Assembly (NCBI GenBank): GCA_947475445.1
Contig: CANJLC010000011.1
Coordinates: forward strand, 83-64,082
Direction: 5' to 3'
Length of the DNA stretch: 64,000 nucleotides
Source: Alphaproteobacteria bacterium
Lineage (GTDB): Bacteria > Pseudomonadota > Alphaproteobacteria > Micropepsales > Micropepsaceae
The notes beneath the pieces were generated by a model. That model was not told the DNA's origin. It did not search any database and saw nothing but the letters and a program-made list of their open reading frames with translations. Positions 1-10,365 of the stretch are shown here, piece after piece (positions within the stretch are counted from its first letter, which is position 1; each line of letters begins with the position of its first letter). The position numbers and the translations under genes were made by a program.

Positions 1-700
1 TGCCAACCGCCTTCAGCCAGTGGCCGGTCTTGTCGATCTTGACGACGCGCGAATTGCCGTAGCCGTCGGACACGTAGATGTTGTCCTGGGAGTCGAAGGC
101 AACGTCGGTTGGGCGGTCGAACTCGCCCATCCGGCCGACCGGCTTGGGCGGAACAGGCTTGGCGTTGGGCCTGTTGTATTTCAGAATTTCCAGCTCGGAT
201 TCCAGATAGTCGATGGCTTCCGGCACGCGACCCAGCCAGAACACATGATGGCCATTCGGCTTGAACTTCACGACCATGCCTGAACCTTCATCGACCGACC
301 AGACATTGTCATACTTGTCGACGCGCACGGCGTGGGCGAAGGATGCGCCGTAACTGTTCGGAGCCCATTCCTTCACGAATTTGAAGTTGTCGTCGAACTC
401 ATACAGGCTCGCGGCCGTGCCGCCGCGCGCGACGCCGCCCCTGCCGGTGCGCGAATAAACGAACAGGTGGCCGGCCTTGTTGGTGGCCACGCCTTCGGTT
501 TCACCCATGGTATTGTTGGGCATCGTCAGTTCCAGGAACTGGTCGTCGACCATCAGGTTCGGATAGGTCTTTTCCGCAACGGCCTGGGCGGCCTGCTGTT
601 CCGGCGTGCCGCGCATGCCCTGGCCCTGCGCCGTGAAAGGCGAGGCGCTGAGCAGCAGCAACGCGACAAGCGTCGCGGTCTTACGAAGTGTCATGAACAT
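1..700 (-). CDS. secreted NHL/beta-propeller repeat protein (3' end outside window)
   Basis: Own translation of the - strand from ATG 700..698: MFMTLRKTATLVALLLLSASPFTAQGQ (signal peptide), later FDRPTDVAFDSQDNIYVSDGYGNSRVVKIDKTGHW (NHL-type repeat). The + ORFs 20..283 and 332..739 are antisense shadows. Confidence 0.6.
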   Translation of the reverse strand, partial: MFMTLRKTATLVALLLLSASPFTAQGQGMRGTPEQQAAQAVAEKTYPNLMVDDQFLELTMPNNTMGETEGVATNKAGHLFVYSRTGRGGVARGGTAASLYEFDDNFKFVKEWAPNSYGASFAHAVRVDKYDNVWSVDEGSGMVVKFKPNGHHVFWLGRVPEAIDYLESELEILKYNRPNAKPVPPKPVGRMGEFDRPTDVAFDSQDNIYVSDGYGNSRVVKIDKTGHWLKAVG

Positions 701-866
701 TTCCCCTTGTTTTGGCCCGCGTGGATGCGCGCCTATTAATAGACGTCTATCCACGGATCATTTGGCCCGGTCAAATTTAAGTCACGTTACAATCCGGCAA
801 TCTGGCTGGCCGAACATTCTGATCGATCTCGCGGCGCGGCGGCCCATTTTGCTGCTGCGCAGCAAA

Positions 867-1589
867 ATGATAAGACTGCGTCGGGCCTTCCGGATCGGGC
901 GGGCGAATTTTTCGGGATATTCCTTTGTGATCAGTGTTGTAATTCCCGCCCTGAATGCCGAACGTGAATTGCCGCGCTGCTTTGACAGCCTGATATCGGC
1001 GGCGGTGCGCGGCGTGGTCCGCGAAGTGATTGTCGCCGATAGCGGTTCGGCTGATCAAACTCTGAGCATCGCCGATGCCGCCGGCGCCCATATCGTCACA
1101 ACTCCGTCCAAGCGCCGCAGCGCGGGGCTCATCGCCGGCGCAGCGGCCGCGCGCAGCGACTGGCTCCTTTTCCTGCACCCCGAAACGGCGCTGGAGCCGG
1201 GCTGGGAAAACGAGGTCGAATCCTTCATCAGCCAGGCCTTGCCGGAGCGCCCGCGCGCGGCCGTGTTCCGTTTTGCACTGGAAGATTTTGGCGGTGAGGC
1301 ACGGCGGGCGGAAGCCAAGGCGGCGCTTCGCTCATGGCTGCTGGCATTGCCCTATGGCGACCAGGGTCTGCTTATTCCCAAGCGTCTCTATGTAAAGCTG
1401 GGTGGCTATCGTGATCTGGCGCGCATGGAAGATGCCGACCTGGTGCGGCGTATCGGGCGGCGGCGGCTGGTGGGCTTGCGCGCCCGCGCCGTCAACATGC
1501 CGCGTCCACAGACCAGCGCGCTTCGCGGGATGTGGCTTTCGCTATTGTACGCCTTGCGCGTTCCTGCCCGCGTTGTTGCCCGGCTTTGA
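867..1589 (+). CDS. family 2 glycosyltransferase
   Basis: Within ORF 606..1589. Internal ATG at 867 precedes VISVVIPALNAERELPRCFDSL...VADSGSADQT...DWLLFLHPE, a typical GT2 N-terminal fold. Confidence 0.75.
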   Translation: MIRLRRAFRIGRANFSGYSFVISVVIPALNAERELPRCFDSLISAAVRGVVREVIVADSGSADQTLSIADAAGAHIVTTPSKRRSAGLIAGAAAARSDWLLFLHPETALEPGWENEVESFISQALPERPRAAVFRFALEDFGGEARRAEAKAALRSWLLALPYGDQGLLIPKRLYVKLGGYRDLARMEDADLVRRIGRRRLVGLRARAVNMPRPQTSALRGMWLSLLYALRVPARVVARL

Positions 1590-3422
1590 ATAGATCACAT
1601 CGGCGAAGCCGCTGGCCGGGACTGCTTGTGCCGGCAGGGCCGCCGCCTGCAGGGCAGGGCGATAGATAGGCCATTGCCCGCGCGCGGTTTCATCCAGGCT
1701 CTTGGCGTCCTGGCCCATGCGGCGGCGATACATCCAGTGATACTCCATCAGGCGCTTGACGTAATTGCGCGTCTCGGCGACCGGAATGCTTTCGACAAAA
1801 AGCAGCGCATCATCCTTGCCCGCCTTGGTGGCGCGCCAGCGGCTGACGGCCTGCGGTCCGGCATTATAGGCCCCGCCCAGTTCCAGCAGGCTGCCGCCGC
1901 GCTGGTCGAGCAGCTCGGCGATGTAGCGCTGGCCCAGCGACAGCGCATAGGACGTATCGTTCAGCTTGTCGGCTGCATCCTTGCCGCCCAGATGCCTGGC
2001 GGTTGCCGGCATGATCTGCATGATGCCGCGCGCGCCCACCGGCGACGTCGCCCCGGTCTGAAAACGGCTTTCAATGCGGGCAAAGGCCAGCACAAGCGAG
2101 GAATCCACGCGATAGCCGTCTTCCGGCGCATAGGGCGGCACCGGGAACAGCCCGGTCAGCAACAGGCCATGCGCCACGCTTTTTTCGCTGGCGCGCAACT
2201 CCACATTGGTGACGCCGATCTCCCGCGCCAAAGCCGCCATGGCCGGATCGAGGGTTTCAACATTGTCCACGAAAGCGTGGTTCAGTTCGGGCCCGACAAA
2301 TTCGCCTTCACCCACCTGGAACAGCGCCACGGCGCGACGCGCGGATGGAACCGCCATCAGTGCCGTGAAATCACCGGGCAGCAGCACCGCATCGGAAAAG
2401 CCGGTGCGCGTGTCCATGCCCAGCATGCTTTCGGCAATCAGGCCATAGAATGTCGGTTCTTCCTTGGCGGCGGCGGCCAGCAGGCTGACGATTTTCTGCG
2501 GCTCGCCCAGCTGCATATGCGCGCGTGCGGCCCAGAAAGCGCCCTGCGCCCGCAGGTCGCCCATCACGCCGCCATTTTGCGCCAGCCGTTCCAGATAGGG
2601 GATGGCGTCAGCATAGCGGCCCAGGCGATAGGCGGAAAATCCGGCGTCCCAGTCCAGCTGGGGAACGGATGCGGAGGTGAGATTGGCCGTCAGCGCGAAT
2701 GCCTGCGCATCCATGCCTTCCGCGAGATAGGAAAGGGCAACGCGATGCGACAGCGCGGCGATATCGTCGCTGGTTGCGCCTTGCAACGCAGTCAGACGGC
2801 CCATGGCCGTGTCGGGACTGCCGGCCTTTATGTCTGCCAGGATTTTCGGCAACAGCGCGCGCGCGGCCTCGGATGAGGGCGAGGGCGGGGGCACCTCTGT
2901 GTCTTCATAACCGCCTGTGCGGCGGCCCACGGAAACCGGCGCCGGAATATCCGTCACCACAGCCACGCGGATGCGCTTGCCGCCCCTGCGAACCACCTTG
3001 GTCATGCGCGTCACCGCCATGCGGTAAATGCGGTCGGCAACCGACAGGTCGCGATGTTGCGAAAGCCATTCCACCAATTTTTCCTTGGGCGGACGCTTGC
3101 CGGCCAGAAGCGATGCGGCCTCGACATAACCTTCCAGCACCGGATCGTTGAGAGCCTTCATCAGGGTGCGGGCTTTGGAAATCTGGCCGTTGCGCGCGGC
3201 AGCGAAGGCCTGCCGGTAAAGGGCGACGTCAGAATCATTCAGGACACGCGGCGCAGCAGGATGGGCCGGCGCAACGCCAGCCACGGGGAACTGCGGATTG
3301 GCAGGCTGCACCGGCTGGATGGCGGGAACAGCAGCGGTGACGGCCGGAACGGTGACAGCGTTCTGCGCCAGCGCGGCGCCGGTCAGTGCGATCGTGAATC
3401 CAAATGCCAACGCGATCCGCAT
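1542..3422 (-). CDS. soluble lytic murein transglycosylase (Slt family)
   Basis: ORF 1542..3599. Start moved to MRIALAFGFTIALTGAALAQ (signal peptide, ATG at 3422). C-terminal catalytic motif ESRFQTGATSPVGARGIMQIMPATA...AYNAGP. Confidence 0.85.
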   Translation of the reverse strand: MRIALAFGFTIALTGAALAQNAVTVPAVTAAVPAIQPVQPANPQFPVAGVAPAHPAAPRVLNDSDVALYRQAFAAARNGQISKARTLMKALNDPVLEGYVEAASLLAGKRPPKEKLVEWLSQHRDLSVADRIYRMAVTRMTKVVRRGGKRIRVAVVTDIPAPVSVGRRTGGYEDTEVPPPSPSSEAARALLPKILADIKAGSPDTAMGRLTALQGATSDDIAALSHRVALSYLAEGMDAQAFALTANLTSASVPQLDWDAGFSAYRLGRYADAIPYLERLAQNGGVMGDLRAQGAFWAARAHMQLGEPQKIVSLLAAAAKEEPTFYGLIAESMLGMDTRTGFSDAVLLPGDFTALMAVPSARRAVALFQVGEGEFVGPELNHAFVDNVETLDPAMAALAREIGVTNVELRASEKSVAHGLLLTGLFPVPPYAPEDGYRVDSSLVLAFARIESRFQTGATSPVGARGIMQIMPATARHLGGKDAADKLNDTSYALSLGQRYIAELLDQRGGSLLELGGAYNAGPQAVSRWRATKAGKDDALLFVESIPVAETRNYVKRLMEYHWMYRRRMGQDAKSLDETARGQWPIYRPALQAAALPAQAVPASGFADVIYSKPGNNAGRNAQGVQ

Positions 3423-3519
3423 TGCGGGTCCTTCGACTGCAAAGCCCAATGAATTATGCCTGTGCTCGGCCTTCAGCCTAAGCCAGCTCTCGCACATCCC
3501 ACAAGCAGTGCGCCGCGAT

Positions 3520-4341
3520 CTAGTTACCGCCTGCGGAAAGTTCCGGCAACCCAAGGCTTTCCATGCGGGCCGCCAGGGCCTGAAGGTCGCGCCAGGCAAG
3601 CTTCTTGTGACCCGGCTGGCGCAGAAGATAGGCCGGATGCAGGGTGGGCATGATCGGCACCATGCGGTCGCCCACGCGATAGTCCATCCAGCGGCCCCGG
3701 CTTTTCATGATGCCGTCGCTGATGCCCATGACGTGGCGCGCCGCCACGGCGCCCAGCAGCACAATCACCAGCGGATCGGCCAGTTCGATATGGCGGCGCA
3801 AGAACGGCATGCACATGGCCGCTTCCTCGGGACTGGGATCGCGATTGTCAGGCGGACGCCAGTTGATCACATTGGTGATGTAGGCGTTGCGCGTGCGGTC
3901 CAGTCCGATGCTGGCCAGCATCTTGTCCAGCAATTGCCCGGCGCGGCCGACAAAGGGTTTGCCGACGCGGTCTTCGTCGCGTCCAGGCGCTTCGCCGATA
4001 AACAACACGCGGCCTTTTGGATTGCCGTCGGCAAAAACCGTGTGGGTGGCGGTGCGTTTCAGGGGGCAGCCCTCGAAACCCTCCATCGCCGATTTCAATT
4101 CCGCCAGGCTTGTGGCCGCCGCAGCGCGCGCCATGGCGTCACTGATGGCATCGCCGGCTGCGGCTCCGCCCACGGGCAAGGGGACTTTCGCAGTCACGGG
4201 CGCCGGGCTGGCTTTCATCGGCGAGACGGCCGGCGGCTCCGCCCTGGCGACCAGCCGGTTCACCGGCGTTTCGCCCATGGCCTCATCGGCTCCGGCTTCC
4301 ACCAGCCAATTCAGGGTTCCCAATGCATCCTTGTCCTGCAT
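3520..4341 (-). CDS. uracil-DNA glycosylase, family 4
   Basis: VLFIGEAPGRDEDRVGKPFVGRAGQLLDKML and C-terminal HPAYLLR motifs. Confidence 0.8.
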   Translation of the reverse strand: MQDKDALGTLNWLVEAGADEAMGETPVNRLVARAEPPAVSPMKASPAPVTAKVPLPVGGAAAGDAISDAMARAAAATSLAELKSAMEGFEGCPLKRTATHTVFADGNPKGRVLFIGEAPGRDEDRVGKPFVGRAGQLLDKMLASIGLDRTRNAYITNVINWRPPDNRDPSPEEAAMCMPFLRRHIELADPLVIVLLGAVAARHVMGISDGIMKSRGRWMDYRVGDRMVPIMPTLHPAYLLRQPGHKKLAWRDLQALAARMESLGLPELSAGGN

Positions 4342-4421
4342 GAAGCCATTGTATGCCGGTACGACAACTCTAAGGTATAGAAAAAGCCGCGAATCCCCCT
4401 GCGACTTGAGGACAAGTCCCC

Positions 4422-6083
4422 GTGAGCGAAGCCGCCCAGCGCGAAAGCATGGATTATGATGTCGTGATCGTCGGCGGCGGGCCGGCGGGCCTGTCAGCGG
4501 CCATCCGCCTCAAGCAGCTTGCCGCCGCGCATGGGCGCGAAGTCAGCGTCTGCGTCCTGGAAAAAGGTTCGGAAATCGGCGCGCATATTTTTTCGGGCGC
4601 CGTGCTGGACCCCGGTGGCCTGAATGAACTGATCCCCGACTGGAAGGACAAAGGCGCACCCGTCGAAACCGCCGTCACCGACGACCGCTTTTATTATTAC
4701 ACGCGCAAACACGCCATTCGCATCCCGGGTTTGCTGTTTCCGCCGCTGATGAGCAATCACGGCAATTACATTATCTCGCTGGGCAACCTGACCCGCTGGC
4801 TGGGCCAGCAGGCCGAAGCGCTGGGCGTGGAAATCTATCCCGGCTTTCCGGCCCGCGACCTTCTGGTTGAGGATGGCGTGCTCAAGGGCGTGATCACCGG
4901 CGATCTGGGCGTGGCAAGGAACGGCCATCACAAGTCCGGTTACACGCCGGGCATGATCCTGCGCGGCAAATACACCCTGTTCGCGGAAGGCGCGCGCGGA
5001 TCGCTGTCAAAACAGCTGAACGCGCTGTTCAAGCTGGATGAAGGCCGCTCTCCCCAGAAATACGGCATCGGCCTCAAGGATCTTTGGGAGCTGTCGAAAG
5101 AAACGCATCGCAAGGGATTGGCCCTGCATGGCTTTGGCTGGCCGCTCGGCGACGACACCGGCGGCGGCATCTTCATGTACCATTTCGGCGAGAATTTGTG
5201 CGCCATCGGTCTTGTGGTGCACCTCAACTACAAGAACCCCTATCTGAACCCGTATGAGGAATTCCAGCGCGCCAAGACCCATCCCGCGATTGCGCCATAC
5301 CTGCAGGGCGGCAAGCGCATTTGCTATGGCGCCCGCGCCATCACCGAAGGCGGTTTCCAGTCGGTGCCGAAATTGAGCTTCCCGGGCGGCGCGCTTATTG
5401 GCTGCGCTGCGGGTTTCGTGAATTTGCCGCGCATCAAGGGCAGCCACAACGCGATCCGCACCGGCAAGCTGGCGGCGGAAGCGGTGTTCGTGGCGCTGGG
5501 CGAGGGGCGTTCCGGCGATACACTGGAAGCCTATGACATCGCCTACCAGACAAGCGCCGTGGCGCGCGACCTTTGGCTGGTGCGAAACGCCAAGCCGCTC
5601 TGGTCAAGGCTTGGAACCCTGGCATCGCTGCCGCTCATCGGTCTGGACCTCTGGATGAATCAGCTGCTGGGCTTCTCGCTTTTCGGCACCCTCAGCCATG
5701 GTAAACCGGACCATGCCAGCCTGGAAAAAGCGAAAGACAGCGCCCCCATGCCCTATCCCAGGGCGGACGGAATTCGCACCTTCGACCGGCTTTCCAGCGT
5801 CTTTGTTTCCAATACCAATCACGAAGAAGACCAGCCGGTACATTTGCTGCTGCGCGATCCGACAATTCCCATTAGGATCAACCTGCCGGACTATGCCGAA
5901 CCGGCGCAGCGTTATTGTCCCGCTGGGGTCTATGAGATAGTCGAGGAAGCGTCCGGCCCGCGCTTCCAGATCAATGCGCAGAATTGCGTTCACTGCAAAA
6001 CCTGCGACATCAAGGATCCGGCGCAGAACATCACCTGGGTCACGCCTGAAGGCGGCGGCGGCCCGAATTATTCGAATATGTAG
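4422..6083 (+). CDS. electron-transfer flavoprotein:ubiquinone oxidoreductase (ETF-QO)
   Basis: N-terminal FAD fold YDVVIVGGGPAGLSAAIRL. C-terminal 4Fe-4S motif CVHCKTCDIKDP...WVTPEGGGGPNY. Confidence 0.9.
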   Translation: MSEAAQRESMDYDVVIVGGGPAGLSAAIRLKQLAAAHGREVSVCVLEKGSEIGAHIFSGAVLDPGGLNELIPDWKDKGAPVETAVTDDRFYYYTRKHAIRIPGLLFPPLMSNHGNYIISLGNLTRWLGQQAEALGVEIYPGFPARDLLVEDGVLKGVITGDLGVARNGHHKSGYTPGMILRGKYTLFAEGARGSLSKQLNALFKLDEGRSPQKYGIGLKDLWELSKETHRKGLALHGFGWPLGDDTGGGIFMYHFGENLCAIGLVVHLNYKNPYLNPYEEFQRAKTHPAIAPYLQGGKRICYGARAITEGGFQSVPKLSFPGGALIGCAAGFVNLPRIKGSHNAIRTGKLAAEAVFVALGEGRSGDTLEAYDIAYQTSAVARDLWLVRNAKPLWSRLGTLASLPLIGLDLWMNQLLGFSLFGTLSHGKPDHASLEKAKDSAPMPYPRADGIRTFDRLSSVFVSNTNHEEDQPVHLLLRDPTIPIRINLPDYAEPAQRYCPAGVYEIVEEASGPRFQINAQNCVHCKTCDIKDPAQNITWVTPEGGGGPNYSNM

Positions 6084-6091
6084 GAGCGGGC

Positions 6092-7765
6092 TTGCGCAGA
6101 TTTCTTACCACTCTTGGATCGGCCCTGCTGCTGACGGGTTGCCATGCGGTCTCGACGGACACATCACCGGCCGCGCCGGCGCAGCAGACCAGCGCCTATT
6201 CGACATACCTGTCGGCGCGCTTTGCCGCCCAGCAGCACGACATGCCCGTTGCGGCCCGCTATTACGGCCAGGTCCTCAAGAGTGATCCTTCCAACGCGCA
6301 AGTGCTGTCGCTGGCGTTCTTCTATTCCACAACCGCCGGCGACATGGATGGCGCCGCGGGTTATGCCGCCAAGCTGGTGGAGACCACCCCTGATGACCGC
6401 GCCGCGCGGCTGGCGCTTGCCGTCGCAGCGCTTCATCGCAAGGATTACGCGGAAGTGCGCAAGCAGCTCGCTTTGTCCGCCAAGGGTCCCTTCACGGTCC
6501 TGACCGTGTCGCTGTTCGATGGCTGGGCCGCCGCCGCCCTGGGTGACATGAAAGCCGCTGCCGATGACATGAAGGCGCTGGCGGGCCAGAGCGGCGCGGA
6601 AAGCGTGGCCGCTTTCCACGCTGCCCTGATGGCCGATTACCTGAACCAGGCCAAGGACGCCGACAATCTCTATGCCAAGGCTCTGCAGCTCAACGCCAAC
6701 TCGCCGCGGGTGGTGGAGGCCTATGGCAGTTTCCTGGAACGCCAGGGACGCAAGGCGGACGCCGCCAAATTTTATGGCGGCCTGAACGCTGCCGCACTTG
6801 CGCCGCTGGTTGCCGCCGGAAAAGCCCGGCTGGCCAAAAACAGCAAGCCTGAGGCTTTGGTGCGCAATGCGGAAGACGGCGTCGCGGAAGGCCTGTTCGG
6901 TATCGCGGCCTCACTGAGCGATGCTTCCAGCGCCGATGTGTCGATCCTGTATCTGCGCATGGCGCTTTACCTGCGGCCGGACCTGGCGCTGGCAAATATC
7001 CTGCTCGCCGACCGCTATGAGACGCTGCAGAAATACCAGGATGCGGTGGATATTTATGCCAGGGTGGACAAGGACTCGCCCTATTACCGCATGGCTGCCG
7101 TGGAATCCGCGCGCAACCAGGCCAAGCTGGAGCACAACGACATGGCGCTGGTCCAGCTGAAGAAGCTGACCGAGTCCGATCCGAAGGATTCCGATACCTG
7201 GATCGCGCTGGGCGATGCCTATCGCGGCGTCAACAAATTCAGCGACGCTGTTGCAGCCTATGACCAGGCGGAAAAGGCCATTGGCACCCCGGTCAAGAAG
7301 GACTGGCCGCTTTTTTACGCCCGCGCCATGGCGCAGGAAAAAGCCGGCAATTGGGAAAAGTCGGAGGCTGACGTCAATATCGGCCTGAAATTGTCGCCCG
7401 ATCAGCCGGAGTTGCTCAACTATCTTGCCTATTCCTGGGTGGACCAGAACCGGCGGCTGAATGATGCGCTGGCGATGCTGGAGAAGGCGCGCAGCCTGCG
7501 GCCCTATGACGGCTATATCGTGGACAGCGTGGGCTGGACCTATTACCGGCTGGGACGTTACGAGGAAGCCGCCCAGACGCTGGAAGCTGCCGTGCTGCTG
7601 GTGCCGGGCGACGCTACCATCAACGACCATCTGGGTGATGCGCTATGGCGCGCCGGCCGCAAGATGGAAGCGCGTTATCAATGGGACCATGCGCTCACTT
7701 TCACTCCTGAAGACAGCGAGAAGGCCACGCTGCAGCAGAAGTTGAAAGAAGGACTTTCCGGGTAA
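6092..7765 (+). CDS. TPR-repeat lipoprotein
   Basis: Lipobox LLLTGC followed by repeated TPR-like helices. The stop overlaps the ispE start (TAATG). Confidence 0.75.
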   Translation: MRRFLTTLGSALLLTGCHAVSTDTSPAAPAQQTSAYSTYLSARFAAQQHDMPVAARYYGQVLKSDPSNAQVLSLAFFYSTTAGDMDGAAGYAAKLVETTPDDRAARLALAVAALHRKDYAEVRKQLALSAKGPFTVLTVSLFDGWAAAALGDMKAAADDMKALAGQSGAESVAAFHAALMADYLNQAKDADNLYAKALQLNANSPRVVEAYGSFLERQGRKADAAKFYGGLNAAALAPLVAAGKARLAKNSKPEALVRNAEDGVAEGLFGIAASLSDASSADVSILYLRMALYLRPDLALANILLADRYETLQKYQDAVDIYARVDKDSPYYRMAAVESARNQAKLEHNDMALVQLKKLTESDPKDSDTWIALGDAYRGVNKFSDAVAAYDQAEKAIGTPVKKDWPLFYARAMAQEKAGNWEKSEADVNIGLKLSPDQPELLNYLAYSWVDQNRRLNDALAMLEKARSLRPYDGYIVDSVGWTYYRLGRYEEAAQTLEAAVLLVPGDATINDHLGDALWRAGRKMEARYQWDHALTFTPEDSEKATLQQKLKEGLSG

Positions 7766-8655
7766 TGAGTTTCCCGGTTGCGGCGCGCGCCAAGGTCAAT
7801 CTGTTCCTGCATGTCGGCGACAAGCGTGCCGATGGCTTTCATCCCTTGCAAAGCCTGGCGGTGTTTCCCGAAGCCGGCGATACGCTGACGGCTGAGGTTG
7901 CCGACGCGCTGTCGCTTGACGTCAACGGTCCATTCTCCGCCGCCCTGGCGGGCGATGGCGACAATCTGGTGCTCAGGGCCGCACGCGCCTTGGCAGCCAG
8001 GGGCGCCAAACTGACGCTGACCAAGAATTTGCCGGTGGCGTCCGGCATTGGCGGCGGCAGCGCCGATGCGGCCGCCTGCTTGCGCGCCCTCAATGATCTG
8101 TGGCGGCTTGGACATGACGAAAGCGCCTTGTGTGCCGTGGCCGCGGAACTGGGCTCCGACATTCCTGTCTGCGTCGCGTCGCAGCCGCGCTGGATGGAAG
8201 GGCGCGGCGAGGTGCTGTCACCCGTCGTTTCGCTGCCGCCATTGCCAATGCTGCTGGTCAATCCGGGCGTGGCGGTCCCGACCAGGGATGTTTTCAGCGC
8301 CCTGCAGATGCGCAGCGGCGTGGAGATGAGATTGCCGCGCGGCCGTTTCCGCGACATGGCCGACCTGCTGCGATTCCTGGATGCCAGCCGCAACGATCTT
8401 GAGATGCCGGCGCGCCTGATCCAGCCGGTGATCGGCGAGGTGCTGACGGCGCTGTCGGCCCTGCCGGGGGCGTTGTTCAGCCGCATGTCGGGGTCGGGCG
8501 CCACCTGCTTTGCCCTGTTTCCCGACGACGAATGCTGCCAGAGGGCAGCAAAGCTGCTGGGTGAAGGCAAGCGGGGCTGGTGGATCGCGCCAACCCGCGT
8601 GCCCGCCTACAATATCGAGCAAGAATCTCCGGGCCGTGACATCGCCCCGCCTTAA
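7765..8655 (+). CDS. ispE: 4-diphosphocytidyl-2-C-methyl-D-erythritol kinase
   Basis: AKVNLFLHV...KNLPVASGIGGGSADAAA (GHMP kinase motif), and ...MSGSGATCFALF. Confidence 0.85.
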   Translation: MSFPVAARAKVNLFLHVGDKRADGFHPLQSLAVFPEAGDTLTAEVADALSLDVNGPFSAALAGDGDNLVLRAARALAARGAKLTLTKNLPVASGIGGGSADAAACLRALNDLWRLGHDESALCAVAAELGSDIPVCVASQPRWMEGRGEVLSPVVSLPPLPMLLVNPGVAVPTRDVFSALQMRSGVEMRLPRGRFRDMADLLRFLDASRNDLEMPARLIQPVIGEVLTALSALPGALFSRMSGSGATCFALFPDDECCQRAAKLLGEGKRGWWIAPTRVPAYNIEQESPGRDIAPP

Positions 8656-8706
8656 CGCCAACTTAAGTCAACCCCAGCACCATCCCATTTTCAGCAGGAG
8701 CCCGTC

Positions 8707-8970
8707 ATGGCCAAGGAACAAGCTGTCAAATTCATCGACGATCCCAATGCGCCGGAAATCTTCGCATCCGGAGCGACGGGCTTTTTTGTCGCCAACGGCA
8801 ATATCACCATTACATTTGAATCGGCGCGGGCGGATCACTCCGCCAGTCCCGGCCCGGTCTATCGCGCGGTGGTGGGACGCGTGATCCTTCCGGCGGCCGC
8901 GGCGCAGGGCCTGGCCGTGGGCCTGTTCGACTTCCTGGAAAAGCAGGGCTTCGATTTCAAGAGGGGCTGA
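8707..8970 (+). CDS. small conserved hypothetical protein
   Basis: 87-aa ORF with codon usage like its neighbours. No recognised motif. Confidence 0.45.
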   Translation: MAKEQAVKFIDDPNAPEIFASGATGFFVANGNITITFESARADHSASPGPVYRAVVGRVILPAAAAQGLAVGLFDFLEKQGFDFKRG

Positions 8971-8986
8971 TGAGCATCGGCCCGGG

Positions 8987-9013
8987 CGTTCGATAACGTC
9001 AGCGTATCGAACG
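8987..9013. terminator. hairpin between convergent genes
   Basis: CGTTCGATA-N9-TATCGAACG (9-bp stem) between the stops at 8970 (+) and 9046 (-). Weak T tract. Confidence 0.3.
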
Positions 9014-9045
9014 CGGCCTCGTGGTTTTCCGCAGGCCGTGCGACC

Positions 9046-10065
9046 CTAATAAGCCCGTTCCACGCAGAAATCCGCGATGTCCGACAGCGCGCTCTTGATC
9101 TCGCTGTCCGGCAGGATCGCCAGCGCCGCCTTGGCCTCGTCGGCATAGGCGCGGGCGCGGCGCATGGTTTCCTGGATGGCGCAGGTTTCCTCGACCAGAG
9201 TGATGGCGCGGTTGAGATCGGCCTCGGTCTGGTTGCCGGTCTCGATCACCCGCTTCCAGAAAGCGCGCACTTCTTCGTCTTTCGCGCGGGCATGCGCCAG
9301 GATGATGGGCAGGGTCATCTTGGCTTCGCGGAAATCATCGCCCACCGATTTGCCCATCAGCGCCTGGCGGCCTGAATAATCCAGCGCATCGTCGACAAGC
9401 TGGAAGGCGATGCCGAGATTTTCGCCATAGGCCTCGAAGCCCTGGATGAAGCCGTCGCCCCTGGCCGCAAGCACGGCGCCGCTTTCAGCGGCGGCGGCGA
9501 ACAGGGCGGCCGTCTTGGCGGCGACAACCTTCATGTAGTGATCTTCCGTGACCGACAGGTTGCGCGCCGAGTTCAGCTGCATCACTTCGCCCTCGGCGAT
9601 GATGGCGCTGGCGCCCGAGAGAATGTCGAGCACGGTGAGATTGCCGGTTTCCACCATCAGCTGGAAAGCGCGGGAGAACAGGAAATCGCCCACCAGCACG
9701 GACGGCTTGTTGCCCCAGACAAGATTGGCGGAAACCTTGCCCCGTCGCAGCGCGCTTTCGTCCACCACATCGTCATGCAGCAGGGTGGCGGTATGGATGA
9801 ACTCCACGGCTGCGGCCAGCTTGATATGGCCATCGCCGCCATAGCCGCCGGCATGGGCCGCGGCCAGGGTGAGCATGGGGCGAAGGCGCTTGCCGCCGGA
9901 TTCAATCAGGTGCGCCGCCAGGGCCGGGATCAGCTTCACCGTCGAGCCCATGCCCTTGAGGATGAGCTTGTCCGCCGCCTGCATGTCGGTCGCGATCAGG
10001 GCATTGAGGCGCTCAACCGGGGAAATCCCGGTGCCTGCAGCCTGCTTGCGCTCATCAATCAGCAT
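9046..10065 (-). CDS. long-chain polyprenyl diphosphate synthase (IspB/Dps type)
   Basis: Two Asp-rich motifs, LLHDDVVDES and FQLVDDALD. Start set at MLIDERK (ATG 10065); upstream of that the ORF is not protein-like. Confidence 0.8.
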   Translation of the reverse strand: MLIDERKQAAGTGISPVERLNALIATDMQAADKLILKGMGSTVKLIPALAAHLIESGGKRLRPMLTLAAAHAGGYGGDGHIKLAAAVEFIHTATLLHDDVVDESALRRGKVSANLVWGNKPSVLVGDFLFSRAFQLMVETGNLTVLDILSGASAIIAEGEVMQLNSARNLSVTEDHYMKVVAAKTAALFAAAAESGAVLAARGDGFIQGFEAYGENLGIAFQLVDDALDYSGRQALMGKSVGDDFREAKMTLPIILAHARAKDEEVRAFWKRVIETGNQTEADLNRAITLVEETCAIQETMRRARAYADEAKAALAILPDSEIKSALSDIADFCVERAY

Positions 10066-10149
10066 GTTCCGCCCAACCACTCGTCCGATGATTTTAGGCC
10101 CCCAACGAGCCCGGTACAAGCGCGGGCCATTCCGGTTTATAAGCGACAA

Positions 10150-10365
10150 ATGCGCATGGTCCTGAAAAGCAACAATCCGGTGGTTCTCAGCTTTGCCAGC
10201 GATGTGCTGGCCCAGGCGGGGATCGAGTCGGTGATCTTCGATACCCATGCCAGCATCATGGATGGCAGCATGGCGATGGTGCCGCGCCGCCTGATGGTGC
10301 TGGACGAGGATCATGCCCGGGCTGACCTGCTGCTACGCAATGCGGTTCCGGAAGCCATGTCGTGA
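10150..10365 (+). CDS. small DUF2007-like protein
   Basis: MRMVLKSNNPVVLSFASDVLAQAGIESVIFD... at the tail of ORF 9538..10365. Overlaps the next gene by 4 nt. Confidence 0.5.
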   Translation: MRMVLKSNNPVVLSFASDVLAQAGIESVIFDTHASIMDGSMAMVPRRLMVLDEDHARADLLLRNAVPEAMS